Shown here piece after piece: positions 61,133 through 64,000 of a DNA stretch of 64,000 nucleotides. The position numbers and the translations under genes are program-made. The stretch comes from an uncultured Candidatus Entotheonella sp. (GTDB taxonomy: Bacteria; Tectomicrobia; Entotheonellia; Entotheonellales; Entotheonellaceae), in contig CBDCDA010000001.1 of NCBI GenBank assembly GCA_965215335.1, positions 1,536,001-1,600,000 on the forward strand. The letters run 5' to 3'. Positions within the stretch are counted from its first letter, which is position 1. Every line of letters begins with the position of its first letter. The notes beneath the pieces are model-generated. The model was not told the origin of the DNA, made no database searches, and saw nothing but the letters and a program-made list of their open reading frames with translations.

Positions 61133-62092
61133 GTGAATTACCTCGTGACGGGCGGTACGGGTTTCGTGGGTGCCTACGCGGTGAAGGCGCTGGTCGAGGC
61201 AGGCCACCGGGTGACGGTGTTCGACCTGATGCTGAACCGGGCGTATCTGGCCGACGTGCTTGGCAGCCCGGCGGCGGACGGGGTGGCATTGATAAGCGGC
61301 GACGTGACCGACCTGCCGGCGGTGTTGCGGGCCATGAGAGGCGCGGAGGCGCAGCGGGTCGTGCACCTGGCTGCCACCCTGAGCGTCAGCAGCGAGGTCA
61401 ATCCCCGGCGCACGCTGAAGGTCAATTGCGAGGGCACGCTGAACGTCTTCGAGGCGGCGCTGGCGCTGGGTGTCAGCAAGGTCGTGTGGGCCAGCTCGGT
61501 GGCGGTGTTCGGCATTTCGGGGGAGCGCGAGGGATTCATCGAGAACAACGCCCATCACGAGCCGACCGGGCTCTACGGGGCCGTCAAGTCGTTCAACGAG
61601 CACCTCGGCATGCACTACAAGAACCAGCGCGGCCTCGACAACATCGGCCTGCGCTTCACCGTCGTCTACGGCTACGGCAAGGGCTTGACCGTAGCGCGCG
61701 GCACGGGTGCCGATTTCGTGACCGAGTTGCTGGAAAAACCGGCCATCGGCGAACCCGGCGTGATTCGCAACGGCGACGACACGCCGGATTTCCTGTATGC
61801 CGAAGACGTGGGCCGTGCCATCCGCCTGGCCACCGAGGCGCCGCCGTGCTCGCTGTCGGGTCTCACCATCTGCGGTAGCACCGGATCGATGCGGGACGCC
61901 GCGGCCTTCGTCAAACGGCTGCTGCCCGACGCCGACCTGCGGGTCGAGGACGGCCGCTCGGTCGGCACCATGAATTACGACCCCTCGGTGACCGAAGCCG
62001 CCATCGGCTACAGCCCGCAATTCACCATGCAGGACGGCTTCCGGGCCACCATTAACGCCATGCGCAAGAAGCACGGCCTGCCACCGGTTTAA
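61133..62092 (+). CDS. NAD-dependent epimerase/dehydratase family protein
   Basis: 'VTGGTGFVG', 'VHLAA', 'ASS', 'YGAVK', 'LRFTVVYG'. Confidence 0.9.
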   Translation: MNYLVTGGTGFVGAYAVKALVEAGHRVTVFDLMLNRAYLADVLGSPAADGVALISGDVTDLPAVLRAMRGAEAQRVVHLAATLSVSSEVNPRRTLKVNCEGTLNVFEAALALGVSKVVWASSVAVFGISGEREGFIENNAHHEPTGLYGAVKSFNEHLGMHYKNQRGLDNIGLRFTVVYGYGKGLTVARGTGADFVTELLEKPAIGEPGVIRNGDDTPDFLYAEDVGRAIRLATEAPPCSLSGLTICGSTGSMRDAAAFVKRLLPDADLRVEDGRSVGTMNYDPSVTEAAIGYSPQFTMQDGFRATINAMRKKHGLPPV

Positions 62093-62152
62093 CCCGGACC
62101 GGCGCAGGACGAATTCAACCCCTCTCGCACGTATCTCATTGAGCAAGACACG

Positions 62153-64000
62153 ATGGCAGTTTTTGCCCTTGAACACGTGTCGCTGGCTTTCGACCGCGTG
62201 CCCTTGCTGGACGAGGCGGCGCTGCAAGTCGAATCCGGTGAACGGATCGCCTTGGTCGGTCGCAACGGCAGCGGCAAATCGACGCTGCTCAAGCTACTGG
62301 CCGGCGACTTGTTGCCCGATGCCGGCGCGGTGCACCGCGCCCACGCGCTGCGCTTGGCGCACGTGCCGCAAGAGCCGGTTTTCGCCGCCGGCCACACTGT
62401 CGAACAGGCGCTCACCGACGCCCTGGGTGCGGGCGGCGAGTTGATCGCCGACTATCACCGCACCACCGCCCGGCTAGCCAACACACAGGGCGCCGAAACC
62501 ACGGCGTTGATGACGCGCCTGCACGACCTGCAGACGCAATTGGAGAACCGGGACGGCTGGCGCCTGCACACCCAGCTGGAAACCGTGCTGTCGCGGCTGC
62601 GACTCGACCCGGCGGTCCGTCTCGGCGCGCTTTCCAGCGGCTGGCAGCGCCGGGTGGCGCTGGCACAGGCCCTGGTCGGCGACCCGGAACTGCTGCTCCT
62701 GGACGAACCGACCAACCATCTCGACGTCGGCTCCATCGAGTGGCTCGAATCCTACCTGCTGAGCTTCTCCGGCACGCTCGTTTTCGTCACCCACGACCGC
62801 GTGTTCCTCGACCGCCTGGCCACCGGCATCGTGGAGTTGGACCGCGGGCGGCTGCGGCGCTTCCCGGCAGACTGGGCGACCTACCGTGAGCACAAAAACG
62901 ACCTGTTGACCGTGGAGAAGGCCGGGGCCGCACAGTTCGACAAACGCCTGGCACAGGAGGAAACCTGGATACGCCGGGGCGTGCGCGCCCGCCGCACCCG
63001 CAACGAAGGCCGCGTGCGCCGCCTGATGGCCATGCGCGAAGAACGGCGTGCGCGCCGCGAGGTAGCGGGGCAGGTCAATTTCACCCTGAGCAGTGGCGGG
63101 CGTTCCGGCCAGATGGTCGTCGAGGCCGAGGGCATCTCCAAAACCTTCGGCGATCACGTGGTGCTGCGCGATTTCTCGGCCCGCGTCATGCGCGGCGATC
63201 GGATTGGCATGGTCGGGCCGAACGGCATCGGCAAGTCCACGCTGATCCACATCCTCATGGGCGAATTGCCGCCGGACACCGGGCGCCTGCGCTTCGGCAC
63301 CCGGCTGTCGAAGGTCTATTTCGATCAGCGCCGCACCCAATTGGACCCCGAGGCCACCCTGTGGGAGACCCTCTGCCCGCACGGCGGCGATCAGGTCGTG
63401 GTGGATGGCAAGCACCGCCACGTGGTCAGCTACCTGGCCGATTTCCTGTTCCCGCGGCAGAGCATCCGGGCGCCGGTCAAGACCCTGTCCGGCGGCGAGC
63501 GCAACCGCCTGCTGCTGGCGCGGCTCTTCACGCAACCGGCCAATTTTCTGGTCCTCGACGAGCCGACAAACGACCTCGACACGGAGACCCTCGAACTGCT
63601 GGAGGGATTGCTGGCGGCATACGACGGGACCCTGCTGCTGGCGTCCCACGACCGCGCCTTTCTGGACGGCGTGGTGACGTCGATTTATGCCTTTGAAGGC
63701 GAGGGCCGGGTGCGGGAGTACGTCGGAGGATACGGCGACTGGCAACAGGCGTTGCCAGCGCCGCCGACGGCCAAGCAGCGCCCTGCTGCGGCCCCGGCCA
63801 AGCAGCCGCGGCGCCGGAGGCTGACCTACAAGGAGCAACGCGAACTCGAAGGATTGCCGGAATCCATCGAAACCCTGGAAAACGAGCAGACGGCGCTGCA
63901 CGCCCAACTCGAGGACCCCCGGCTTTTTCAGAGGGAGCCCGCGACATTCCAGGCCATCATGGAGCGGCTGACGGCTCTGGACGACGAGCGCGACGCCGCT
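62153..64000 (+). CDS. uup: ABC-F family ATPase Uup (runs off the window end)
   Basis: Translated by hand from ATG 62153: 'GRNGSGKST', 'LSSGW', 'DEPTNHLD', 'ARRTRNEGRVR', second NBD 'GPNGIGKST', 'LSGGERNR', 'DEPTNDLD', C-terminal 'LTYKEQREL'. Confidence 0.92.
   Translation, partial: MAVFALEHVSLAFDRVPLLDEAALQVESGERIALVGRNGSGKSTLLKLLAGDLLPDAGAVHRAHALRLAHVPQEPVFAAGHTVEQALTDALGAGGELIADYHRTTARLANTQGAETTALMTRLHDLQTQLENRDGWRLHTQLETVLSRLRLDPAVRLGALSSGWQRRVALAQALVGDPELLLLDEPTNHLDVGSIEWLESYLLSFSGTLVFVTHDRVFLDRLATGIVELDRGRLRRFPADWATYREHKNDLLTVEKAGAAQFDKRLAQEETWIRRGVRARRTRNEGRVRRLMAMREERRARREVAGQVNFTLSSGGRSGQMVVEAEGISKTFGDHVVLRDFSARVMRGDRIGMVGPNGIGKSTLIHILMGELPPDTGRLRFGTRLSKVYFDQRRTQLDPEATLWETLCPHGGDQVVVDGKHRHVVSYLADFLFPRQSIRAPVKTLSGGERNRLLLARLFTQPANFLVLDEPTNDLDTETLELLEGLLAAYDGTLLLASHDRAFLDGVVTSIYAFEGEGRVREYVGGYGDWQQALPAPPTAKQRPAAAPAKQPRRRRLTYKEQRELEGLPESIETLENEQTALHAQLEDPRLFQREPATFQAIMERLTALDDERDAA

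Overview
A 64-kb, GC-rich bacterial chromosome segment made up mostly of housekeeping and metabolic genes. It carries tatBC-pyrE-murJ, an F1-only ATP synthase cluster (atpHAGDC), rsmI, citrate synthase, hemE-hemH-hemY, a methylcrotonyl-CoA-type carboxylase with a split alpha subunit, gpsA-larB-larC, hrcA-prmA-rsmE-purH-purD-glnB-tonB, holB, tRNA-Val(GAC)-infC-rpmI-rplT-zapB-zapA-(6S-like)-ygfA, a long-form ispG and uup (partial). The gene mix resembles deltaproteobacteria-related or Tectomicrobia-like diderms; this is an impression only and cannot be checked here. No rRNA, CRISPR array, prophage or intact transposase was seen. The most interesting signals are: (1) a stop-free, G-run-rich ~30-bp palindromic element inserted in-frame in hemH and twice in ispG, read in different frames; (2) a compact TerC + membrane-anchored helical protein + membrane vWA/MIDAS operon, a candidate metal-loading module; (3) a signal-peptide-less DUF1800-DUF1501-NHL operon behind a C18 tract; (4) a lipoprotein combining a zincin motif with a TbpB-like C-terminal barrel; (5) a ferrochelatase with an N-terminal CC-x5-C-x6-C insertion; (6) a 133-bp MITE with 17-bp TIRs and a 10-bp TSD; (7) a very short 6S-like RNA at the ssrS position; (8) several decay scars (IS5, PIN pair, multi-deletion glpK, AT-rich insert in the atp operon), plus conserved operons missing their interior genes. 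All calls come from reading motifs by eye; no database searches were run.
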